NCBI GenBank assembly: GCA_964645645.1 | Contig: CAZYBC010000005.1 | Coordinates: 702 to 64,701, forward strand | Direction of reading: 5' to 3' | Length of the DNA stretch: 64,000 nt | Source of the DNA: an uncultured Pseudomonadales bacterium | GTDB taxonomy: Bacteria > Patescibacteriota > Microgenomatia > UBA1400 > PJMF01 | Shown: positions 57,142-64,000 of the stretch, piece after piece | Numbering within the stretch: position 1 is the first letter of the stretch | Layout of the letters: each line of letters opens with the position of its first letter | Notes under the pieces: model-generated | The model's database searches: none | What the model was told of the DNA's origin: nothing | The model's input: the letters and a program-made list of their open reading frames with translations, nothing else | Made by a program: the position numbers and the translations under genes

Positions 57142-57930
57142 ATGATTTCAATCGTCTTAGCTATTCATAATGAAGAAAAAAATTTAACGGCTTGTTTAAG
57201 CAGTGTAGCTGATTTTGCCGATGAGATTATTGTTGTTGATGGTGAATCAACAGATCAAAGTTTAGTAATTGCCAAAAAATTTAAAGCTAAAATTATTAAA
57301 ACCAGCAATAAAAAAAACTTTCACATTAATAAACAATTAGGCTTAAACAAAGCTAAAGGTGATTTGGTTTTACAATTAGATGCTGATGAAATAGTTGACC
57401 AAGATTTAAAAAAATTTATTCTTAATTTACATCAACAAATTCTTAATTTAAGTCCTAAACAAGAAGCTCATTTTCAACCCAAAGCTTGGTGGTTAAAAAG
57501 AAAAAATTTCTTTATGGGTAAAGCTTTTAAAAAAGGTGGTCAATATCCTGATCCAGTGATTAGATTATTTATTAATGGTTTTGCTAGATTACCTCAGAAA
57601 GATGTCCATGAACAAATGCAAGTTGATGGCCAAGTTGGCTGGGCAGAAGGTCATTTGCTTCATTATTCTAATCCTCACTTTAGTGATTATTTAAGAAAAT
57701 TTACTACTTATACAGATTTTAAAGCCACTCAATTAAAACAACAAAAACTTAAAATTAATTTAATCACAGCGTTTAAGTATTTAATTTTTTTGCCTCTTTA
57801 TACCTTTTGCCAATTGTTTTTAAGACACAAGGGTTTTGTTGATGGTTGGCGAGGTTTCATTTTTGCTCTTTTTAGTGCTCTACATCATCCTATTAGTTAT
57901 TTAAAATACTGGGAACTAAAATATGATTAA
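57142..57930 (+). CDS. GT2 glycosyltransferase, WaaE/KdtX-like (paralog 3 of 3)
   Basis: ISIVLAIHNEEKNLTACLSSVADFADEIIVVDGESTDQS...LQLDADEIV. Confidence 0.7.
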   Translation: MISIVLAIHNEEKNLTACLSSVADFADEIIVVDGESTDQSLVIAKKFKAKIIKTSNKKNFHINKQLGLNKAKGDLVLQLDADEIVDQDLKKFILNLHQQILNLSPKQEAHFQPKAWWLKRKNFFMGKAFKKGGQYPDPVIRLFINGFARLPQKDVHEQMQVDGQVGWAEGHLLHYSNPHFSDYLRKFTTYTDFKATQLKQQKLKINLITAFKYLIFLPLYTFCQLFLRHKGFVDGWRGFIFALFSALHHPISYLKYWELKYD

Positions 57931-58981
57931 AGTTTTAATTGATACTAGCCCTTTGGCTAATGCTAATTCTATTAGAGGAGTTGGCAATTATACTAGATTC
58001 ATTACTCAATATTTAGAAAAAATTCCAAATTTAGAAGTTAAAAGAGCTCAACGTAAAAGTTTCAGAAGTTTTAAACCAGATATTGTCCATTATCCTTTTT
58101 TTGATTTATTTTTTAATACTTTACCGATTACTTTAGGTCGTAGACATAAAATAATAGTAACAGTTCATGATGTTATCCCTCTAAAATTTCCCCAATGTTA
58201 TCCAGCTGGCATTAAAGGCAAGCTTAGATTAATGAAACAAAAAAAAGCCCTACAGATGGCTGATGCTATTATTACTGACTCTTTTGCTTCTAAAAAAGAT
58301 ATCCAAAATTATTTAGGAATTAACGAAAATAAAATCCATGTTGTTTATTTAGCTGCTAATCCTAATTTGACTAAACCCACTGAACAAATCATTACTAAAG
58401 TTACTCGTAAATATAATCTTCCTAAGAATTATTTATTATATGTAGGTGATATTAACTATAATAAAAATATTCCTCAATTAATTAAAACTTTAAAATATTT
58501 ACCTCCTCAAATCAAACTGGTTTGTGTTGGTCGCAATTTTGTGCCAGCTAATATTCCAGAATGGCAATGGATTGAAACTCAAATTGCCATGAGTGATGTA
58601 AGTAAAAGAATTAAATTTATTACTGATTTAAGAAGTGAACAAACTGAAGAATTAGCCGCTATTTATTCCGGAGCTCTAGCTTATATTCAGCCCTCATTAG
58701 CTGAAGGTTTTGGCTTACCAATTTTAGAAGCAATGCAGTGTCAAACCCCAGTGATAGCTAGCAATAATAGTTCTTTAATAGAGATCGGTGATAAATATGC
58801 TTTATTTAGTGAAGCAAATGCTGAGGCCTTTGCAGAACAAGTTGAAGTGATTCTAAATTGGACTAAGGAAAAAAGAACTCAACATCTTCAAGAAGCTTTA
58901 TTGTGGACTAAAAGTTTTACCTGGGAAAAAGCTGCTCATGAAACTCATCAAGTTTACCAACAAATCATGGCTAAAAAATAA
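57923..58981 (+). CDS. GT4 (GT-B fold) glycosyltransferase
   Basis: EX7E motif EGFGLPILEAMQCQTPVIAS and a glycos_transf_1 C-terminal domain. The N-terminal GT-B domain begins IKVLIDTSPLANANSIRGVGNY. Confidence 0.75.
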   Translation: MIKVLIDTSPLANANSIRGVGNYTRFITQYLEKIPNLEVKRAQRKSFRSFKPDIVHYPFFDLFFNTLPITLGRRHKIIVTVHDVIPLKFPQCYPAGIKGKLRLMKQKKALQMADAIITDSFASKKDIQNYLGINENKIHVVYLAANPNLTKPTEQIITKVTRKYNLPKNYLLYVGDINYNKNIPQLIKTLKYLPPQIKLVCVGRNFVPANIPEWQWIETQIAMSDVSKRIKFITDLRSEQTEELAAIYSGALAYIQPSLAEGFGLPILEAMQCQTPVIASNNSSLIEIGDKYALFSEANAEAFAEQVEVILNWTKEKRTQHLQEALLWTKSFTWEKAAHETHQVYQQIMAKK

Positions 58982-58989
58982 AGTATGTT

Positions 58990-60615
58990 ATGTTAAAAAA
59001 TTTTTTATCTAAATTTTTATTAATGATTTTTTTAATTTTTAGTATTATTTTTTTGCTCAAACCTTATTTAAGCACAACTTTTCCTTATACCCATGATGGC
59101 ATGAATCATTTAGCAAGATTTGCTAATTATAAAATTGCTTTACGTGAAGGACAGTTTCCACCACGTTTAGCCCCAAATTTACTTAATCATTATGCTTACC
59201 CAGTTTTTAATTACAATTATCCATTAGCAAATATTTTATCTTTACCTTTTTCAATTATCGGTTTTAATTATGAATTAACTTTTAAAATTATAGTTGTTTT
59301 TAGCTTAATTTTAGCTTGCTTAGGTATAACTTTTTGGTTAAAAAGCCGAAAAGACAAGCTTACAATCGTTTTTTCTCTGGTGGTTTTTCTTCTAAATCCT
59401 TATTTAATTAACTTAATTTTTTTTAGAGGCAATATTGGTGAAATTTTAGCTTTATCATTATTACCGTGGTTATTTTATAGTTTGGAAAAATTTAAAACTA
59501 AATCAACCGTTAATTCATTTGATCTTTTACTATGGACAGCTTTTTTATTATCACACAACGTAACTGTTTTATTTGGTAGTGGCATATTAATAGTTTATGC
59601 CATTTTAATTTTCAAAAATAATTTACAAGCTTATAAAAAATTAGCTTTTGTTTTTATTGGCTCAATCTTATTAAGTTTGTGGTTTTGGTTACCGGCTCTT
59701 GCTGAAAAAAATCAAATTGTTTTAGATAATGCTAATTTAAATATTGATTTTCTTACTCACTTTCCAACTCTTAAAGAATTATTATTGGCACCTTTAGAAT
59801 TTGGTTTTTCTCGCGTTGGATCAGTTGATGATCTTAGTTTTAGTTTAGGATTAGTGCAAATTCTAATCATTGTTTTGAGTTTTATATTATTATTTATTAA
59901 TCAAAAATTTGCTCAAAAAAATAAATTTTTAATTATTTTAATTTTAGCTTGTTTAGTTTTTCAATTATCCTTGACTCAAAAAATTTGGCAGGTTTTACCA
60001 TTAGTCTCTTTTATTCAATTCCCTTGGCGTTTAACTTTATTCATTAGTATTTTAATTTTGCCTTTAGCAGCACAATTATGGCAATTTAATAAAATAAGAT
60101 TGATTTTATTATTCTTACTTTTAATTCAAATTATTAATTTAAGTCGTTTAAAACCAGCTGACCAATTTCATTATCAAAAAGTAGACTATGAAGCCTTTAG
60201 TCAAACTACTTCTACTCAAAATGAAAATTTAGCCAAAACTTTTAAATATCAAAATTTTGCTGATTGGCAACCAACTGCCAAAATTTTAAATGGGGAAGGG
60301 GAAATCAAAATTAATTATTGGTTTGGTTCCAAAAGAGAATATCAGCTGCATCTTACTACCGATGCAACTATTATTGAACCAAGCATGAATTATTTAGGTT
60401 GGCAAACCTGGGCCAATCAACAAAAAATTTCTTATTTTGATAATGAACAAATTGCAGGCAGAATTGCTTATCAACTTAAAGCTGGTGATTATTTAATTAA
60501 AACTAAATTTACCCAACAAACCCCAGCCCGCTTAATTGGCAACTTTGTGAGCCTTAGTGCTGGCCTTATTTATTTAATTTTATTATTTAAAAATAAATAT
60601 GCTAAAAAAAATTAG
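58990..60615 (+). CDS. Polytopic membrane protein, family B, paralog of 32211 (putative GT-C)
   Basis: TFPYTHDGMNHLARFANYKIALREGQFPPRL and IQFPWRLTLFISILIL. Confidence 0.4.
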   Translation: MLKNFLSKFLLMIFLIFSIIFLLKPYLSTTFPYTHDGMNHLARFANYKIALREGQFPPRLAPNLLNHYAYPVFNYNYPLANILSLPFSIIGFNYELTFKIIVVFSLILACLGITFWLKSRKDKLTIVFSLVVFLLNPYLINLIFFRGNIGEILALSLLPWLFYSLEKFKTKSTVNSFDLLLWTAFLLSHNVTVLFGSGILIVYAILIFKNNLQAYKKLAFVFIGSILLSLWFWLPALAEKNQIVLDNANLNIDFLTHFPTLKELLLAPLEFGFSRVGSVDDLSFSLGLVQILIIVLSFILLFINQKFAQKNKFLIILILACLVFQLSLTQKIWQVLPLVSFIQFPWRLTLFISILILPLAAQLWQFNKIRLILLFLLLIQIINLSRLKPADQFHYQKVDYEAFSQTTSTQNENLAKTFKYQNFADWQPTAKILNGEGEIKINYWFGSKREYQLHLTTDATIIEPSMNYLGWQTWANQQKISYFDNEQIAGRIAYQLKAGDYLIKTKFTQQTPARLIGNFVSLSAGLIYLILLFKNKYAKKN

Positions 60616-61753
60616 TCTTTGGTTTATTCTTTGGCGAATTGCCTTGTTTTTATTAGCAATAATAGCGCCTTATTTATTGATTTATCAGCCAAGTTTTCCT
60701 TATGCTGATAGTTTGTTGCCCAATACAAATCTTCCTCAATGGCTGTATTCTTTTGCCAATTTTGATGGCGTGCACTATTTAACTATTGCTAATAAAGGTT
60801 ATATCGGGACTGGTTTAATTCAAGCTTTCTTTCCGGTTTATCCCTATTTAATTAGAATCTTAAGTTTTAAATACTTTTCTTTATTATTAACAGGCTTAAC
60901 TATTAGTAATTTAAGTGCTTGGCTATTATTAATTTTATGGTTTGCTAGTTTAAAAAAAATCTTCAATACTAAAATAGCCAACTTAGGCATCTTGGTTTTA
61001 ATTTTTTCTCCTACGTCTTTCTTTTTAGGCAGTTTATATAATGAAAGTTTATTTTTAAGTTTAATTTTGGCTTGCTTTTTAGCTAGTAAAAAAAAGCATT
61101 GGCTGTTAGCTGGCTTATTTGCTGGCCTAGCCAGCGCCACTAGAGTAGTGGGAATTTTCAGTTTATTAATTATTGTAATTGAAGCCTGGCAAAGTTTAGG
61201 TAAAAAAATGTTTAAAAACTGGCAAATCTACTTAAGTTTAATCTTAGCTAGCAGCGGTCTAATGGCTTATATGTGGTTTTTAAAAACTGAATTTGATGAC
61301 TATTTATACTTTTTACATGTTCAAAATCAATTTGGAGCAGGGAGACAAAGTCAGTTAATTTTGTTTCCTCAAGTAATTTGGCGATATAGCAAGATTTTAC
61401 TAACAGCTCGCCCAATTAATTGGAAATATTATAGTTATGTCCAAGATTTAATCATTAGTCTTGGCGGATGCTTAATTTTACTTAAACAAATTTACCAAAT
61501 TGTTAAAGAAAAAAAATTAAATTCTCCAACTCTTAGTTTACTTATTTTTTCAACAGCTTGCTTTTTTTTACCCAGTTTAACAGGTACTTTTTCTAGTATG
61601 CCTAGATATCTTTTAGCTTGCCCAAGCATTTTTATATTTATTGCTAACTGGCTTCATCAACATTCCAAGTGGCAGATTTTATATTTTAGTATTAGTATAG
61701 GACTACTTATTATTAACACTATTTTATTTATCCAAGGTTATTGGGTAGCTTAA
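60599..61753 (+). CDS. Polytopic membrane protein, possibly PIG-V/Gpi18-like (GT76-type) mannosyltransferase homolog
   Basis: A 384-aa protein with about 8-10 TM segments. The N-terminal luminal loop FANFDGVHYLTIANKGY resembles the WDxxHF..IA..GY block of the PIG-V (Mannosyl_trans2) family. Assigned from memory of the motif; needs an HMM check. Confidence 0.35.
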   Translation: MLKKISLWFILWRIALFLLAIIAPYLLIYQPSFPYADSLLPNTNLPQWLYSFANFDGVHYLTIANKGYIGTGLIQAFFPVYPYLIRILSFKYFSLLLTGLTISNLSAWLLLILWFASLKKIFNTKIANLGILVLIFSPTSFFLGSLYNESLFLSLILACFLASKKKHWLLAGLFAGLASATRVVGIFSLLIIVIEAWQSLGKKMFKNWQIYLSLILASSGLMAYMWFLKTEFDDYLYFLHVQNQFGAGRQSQLILFPQVIWRYSKILLTARPINWKYYSYVQDLIISLGGCLILLKQIYQIVKEKKLNSPTLSLLIFSTACFFLPSLTGTFSSMPRYLLACPSIFIFIANWLHQHSKWQILYFSISIGLLIINTILFIQGYWVA

Positions 61754-61757
61754 ATTT

Positions 61758-62672
61758 ATGCAAAAACTTAACATTATTGTGACTGGTGGGTCTGGTTTTT
61801 TAGGCAGACATTTATTAAGAGCTTTATCAGCCGCCGGACATCAAGTAAAAAATATTGATCTTAAAGAAAATCCGGAATTTCCGACAACTATTGCTGATGT
61901 AAGAGATCAAGAAAGAATGTTAGCTGAAGTTAAAAATGCTGATGCGGTTTTCCATTTAGCCAGCCTAATTGAAGCTGGTGAATCTGTTAAAGAACCAGCC
62001 AAATTTATTGATTACAACATTAATGGCACTTTAAATATTTTAGAGGCAATGCGCCAAAATAACATTAAAACTTTTTTATTTTCTTCCAGTGCCGCCATCT
62101 ATGGAGAACCTTTAAAAACCCCCATTAAAGAAGATGATCGCTATTTACCCATTAATCCTTATGGCATGACTAAATTAGCCATGGAAGGTCTATTAGCTAG
62201 TTATGTCAAAGCCCACGGTTTTACTGGCGTAGCTTTACGCTATTTTAATCTTTACGGCCCAGAAGAACATCATATCCCTGAAACTCACGCCATCCCTCGT
62301 TTTATTGAACAAATTAAAAATGAACAAGAAGTCACAGTTTGGGGTGACGGCCAACATCAACGTGATTTTGTTTATGTCTTAGATATTGTTGAAGCTCACT
62401 TAAAAGCCTTAAATTATGCTTTAAAACACCCTCAGCAATATCATTATTTCAATCTGTCTGGCGCTAATGCTACAAAAGTGATTGACGTCATTAAAATTTT
62501 AGAAAAATTAATTGCTAAAAAAGCAATTATTAAACACTTTCCAGATCGACCGGGAGACCCCAGAGTGTTAATTGCTGATGATAGTAAAGCTAAAAAAGAA
62601 TTAAATTGGCAAGCCCAAGTTAAAATTGAAGAAGGCTTAAAAAAAACAGTTGAATATTTTGCTAAAAAATAG
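61758..62672 (+). CDS. NAD-dependent sugar-nucleotide epimerase/dehydratase (GalE-like short form)
   Basis: IVTGGSGFLGRHL Rossmann, the SSSAAIYGEP catalytic Ser region, and YGMTKLAME (YxxxK). Confidence 0.7.
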   Translation: MQKLNIIVTGGSGFLGRHLLRALSAAGHQVKNIDLKENPEFPTTIADVRDQERMLAEVKNADAVFHLASLIEAGESVKEPAKFIDYNINGTLNILEAMRQNNIKTFLFSSSAAIYGEPLKTPIKEDDRYLPINPYGMTKLAMEGLLASYVKAHGFTGVALRYFNLYGPEEHHIPETHAIPRFIEQIKNEQEVTVWGDGQHQRDFVYVLDIVEAHLKALNYALKHPQQYHYFNLSGANATKVIDVIKILEKLIAKKAIIKHFPDRPGDPRVLIADDSKAKKELNWQAQVKIEEGLKKTVEYFAKK

Positions 62673-63948
62673 CCTTTAATAAACCACTTAAATTTTTTAG
62701 TCTTTCTAAAAAAATGCCTGGAGCATATTTAATTTTTTGACTAATAGACCAATTTTTAGCAATTACTAGACACCAGTTTTTTAGATCTAACCAAGCTTTA
62801 TAAATTGGCTTTTTAGATGATGTTTGCTGACCTAAATGGATAACTTCTACACTTTTAATAGCTAAATTTTTATAACCTTTTTTATCAAATCTTAATCCAA
62901 GATCAATATCTTCTAAATAAGAACCAAATTTTTCATCAAATAAGCCCACTTCTTCTAAAGCGAAACGGTTAAATAGTACAACAGCTGCATTAAAACTATT
63001 ACTAATAGTAAATTCAGCTAATTGATGATTGGGTATAGCTTTACCAATTGGTAAAACGATAACTCCCAAAGATTCTATTTCGCCTTTAGAATTCTTTATT
63101 AAAGGAGAAATTGTTCCAAGTTTAATTTGTTGATTTTTCTGATAATTTTTAGCTTCTTTAATTAAATTTTCTAACCAGCCATTTGATAAAATTACGTCAT
63201 CATTTACTGTTCCTAACAAATCTCCAGTAGCCCTTTTTAAACCGATATTAACGGTCTTAACAAAACCTTTGTTTTTTTCAATTTGAATAAAAATTACTTG
63301 AGGATAATCTTGTCTTAAATTATAAATATTAGATGCCGAAGTAACAATAATTAATTCATCTTGAGAATAATCAAAAAATTTATTATTTAGTATCAAAAAA
63401 TTTTTTAAAAGATCTTTTCTTAAATTTGGGACAATGATGCTAGCTCTAATCTTAGAATTTTTAGGATAAAGTTTATTATTAGCAAAACGGCTAGTTAATT
63501 TTTTAACTATTAATTTTTTACAACCAGAAAAATATTTATCTGCATAAATATTAAGAGAATGAAAAAAAACTTGTTTTTTCCAAGACATACTTAAAGGCTT
63601 AAAAGACGATCCTCCTTGATGTTTTATCGTTATTGCTTTAGAAATTCCAAAATTGTGTTCATCATTTAATAATTTTTTAGAAACATCACTATCTTCAAAC
63701 CATAAAAAAAAGCGTTCATCCCAAAGACCTAAAGTTAAAAACTTAGTTTTATTTACTAATAAACAAGCTCCAGGTAAAGTAATTTTTTGAGGATTTTTAT
63801 TTTTTATAATTTTATTAAGCCAAGAAAATTCAGTTATTAAAGAAAAAAAATTGGGAATTTCTTTACGATAATTAAAATCTAACTGACCTTTATCATTTAA
63901 AAAAGTTGGAGCAACAGCCGTTAAATTTTTTTCTTTTAACTCTATCAA
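62662..63948 (-). CDS. GT2 glycosyltransferase with tandem GT2-like modules; the N-terminus probably extends beyond the window end
   Basis: The C-terminal module is SIIVPNLRKD...GDLLGTVNDDVIL...YLEDIDLGLRF. The N-terminal ~120 aa look like the C-terminal half of another GT2 domain (GACLLVNKTKF...WFEDSDVSKKL). The upstream frame stays open to near position 64000. Confidence 0.55.
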   Translation of the reverse strand: MIELKEKNLTAVAPTFLNDKGQLDFNYRKEIPNFFSLITEFSWLNKIIKNKNPQKITLPGACLLVNKTKFLTLGLWDERFFLWFEDSDVSKKLLNDEHNFGISKAITIKHQGGSSFKPLSMSWKKQVFFHSLNIYADKYFSGCKKLIVKKLTSRFANNKLYPKNSKIRASIIVPNLRKDLLKNFLILNNKFFDYSQDELIIVTSASNIYNLRQDYPQVIFIQIEKNKGFVKTVNIGLKRATGDLLGTVNDDVILSNGWLENLIKEAKNYQKNQQIKLGTISPLIKNSKGEIESLGVIVLPIGKAIPNHQLAEFTISNSFNAAVVLFNRFALEEVGLFDEKFGSYLEDIDLGLRFDKKGYKNLAIKSVEVIHLGQQTSSKKPIYKAWLDLKNWCLVIAKNWSISQKIKYAPGIFLERLKNLSGLLKAIF

Positions 63949-64000
63949 TAATTGTTTAATCTGTAATTCATTAATATCTAAATCTGAATTTAAAAATAAA

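Overview
This is an AT-rich, very compact bacterial chromosome segment: genes are short, adjacent genes often overlap by 1-25 bp, and standard code 11 applies (TGA is used as a stop, e.g. the secD/next-gene ATGA overlap at 5310-5313). The overall style suggests a reduced-genome bacterium such as a CPR/Patescibacteria member; that is inference only. Several ORF-track starts are TTG codons and probably over-extend; I adjusted cca, the ugd-like gene, trmD, the cyclophilin and two island genes to internal ATGs.

Bases 1-16 kb are housekeeping: the 3' end of frr, rseP, a DUF3048 (YerB-like) protein, secD-[small HAD-like insert]-secF, the CCA-adding enzyme, recJ, a DsbA-like and thioredoxin-CcdA-like pair flanking prmC, a membrane-anchored cyclophilin, a CapA-family protein, tRNA-Gln(CUG) and a convergent sensor-less histidine kinase / OmpR-type regulator pair.

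Bases 17.5-64 kb (interrupted only by trmD and a VapBC cassette) form an exceptionally dense surface-glycan / glycosylation island. It includes a 30-kb, 22-gene same-strand block at 32.2-62.7 kb.
- About 16 polytopic membrane proteins fall into at least three paralogous families of GT-C-like glycosyltransferases: an ArnT/PMT-like 'DE'-motif family (7 copies), a 'DQxRD...GPxYYY' family (4), and an 'IQFPWR' family (2). One further gene is PIG-V-like and two are unclassified.
- Three DPM1/ArnC-like GT2 polyprenyl-phosphate-sugar synthases are present, one fused to a GtrA domain.
- Three WaaE/KdtX-like GT2 paralogs, a WbbL-like GT2, a tandem-domain GT2 at the window edge, and a GT2-GT-C fusion protein are present.
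- Two GT4 enzymes and a Wzx-like flippase are present.
- Nucleotide-sugar genes include gmd + rmd (GDP-D-rhamnose route), a nucleotide-sugar dehydrogenase, rmlB, an RmlD-like reductase and a GalE-like epimerase.
- An LCP-family ligase is present.

Other notable points:
- A perfect 25-bp inverted repeat with a repeated TTTATAAAC half-site lies upstream of an HTH-nucleotidyltransferase gene.
- A HAD-like ORF is wedged between secD and secF.
- A secreted Q/E-rich coiled-coil gene is split by a single in-frame TAA.
- The TCS pair is convergent and shares a palindromic TTAA stop.

No CRISPR arrays, rRNA or transposase genes were found.
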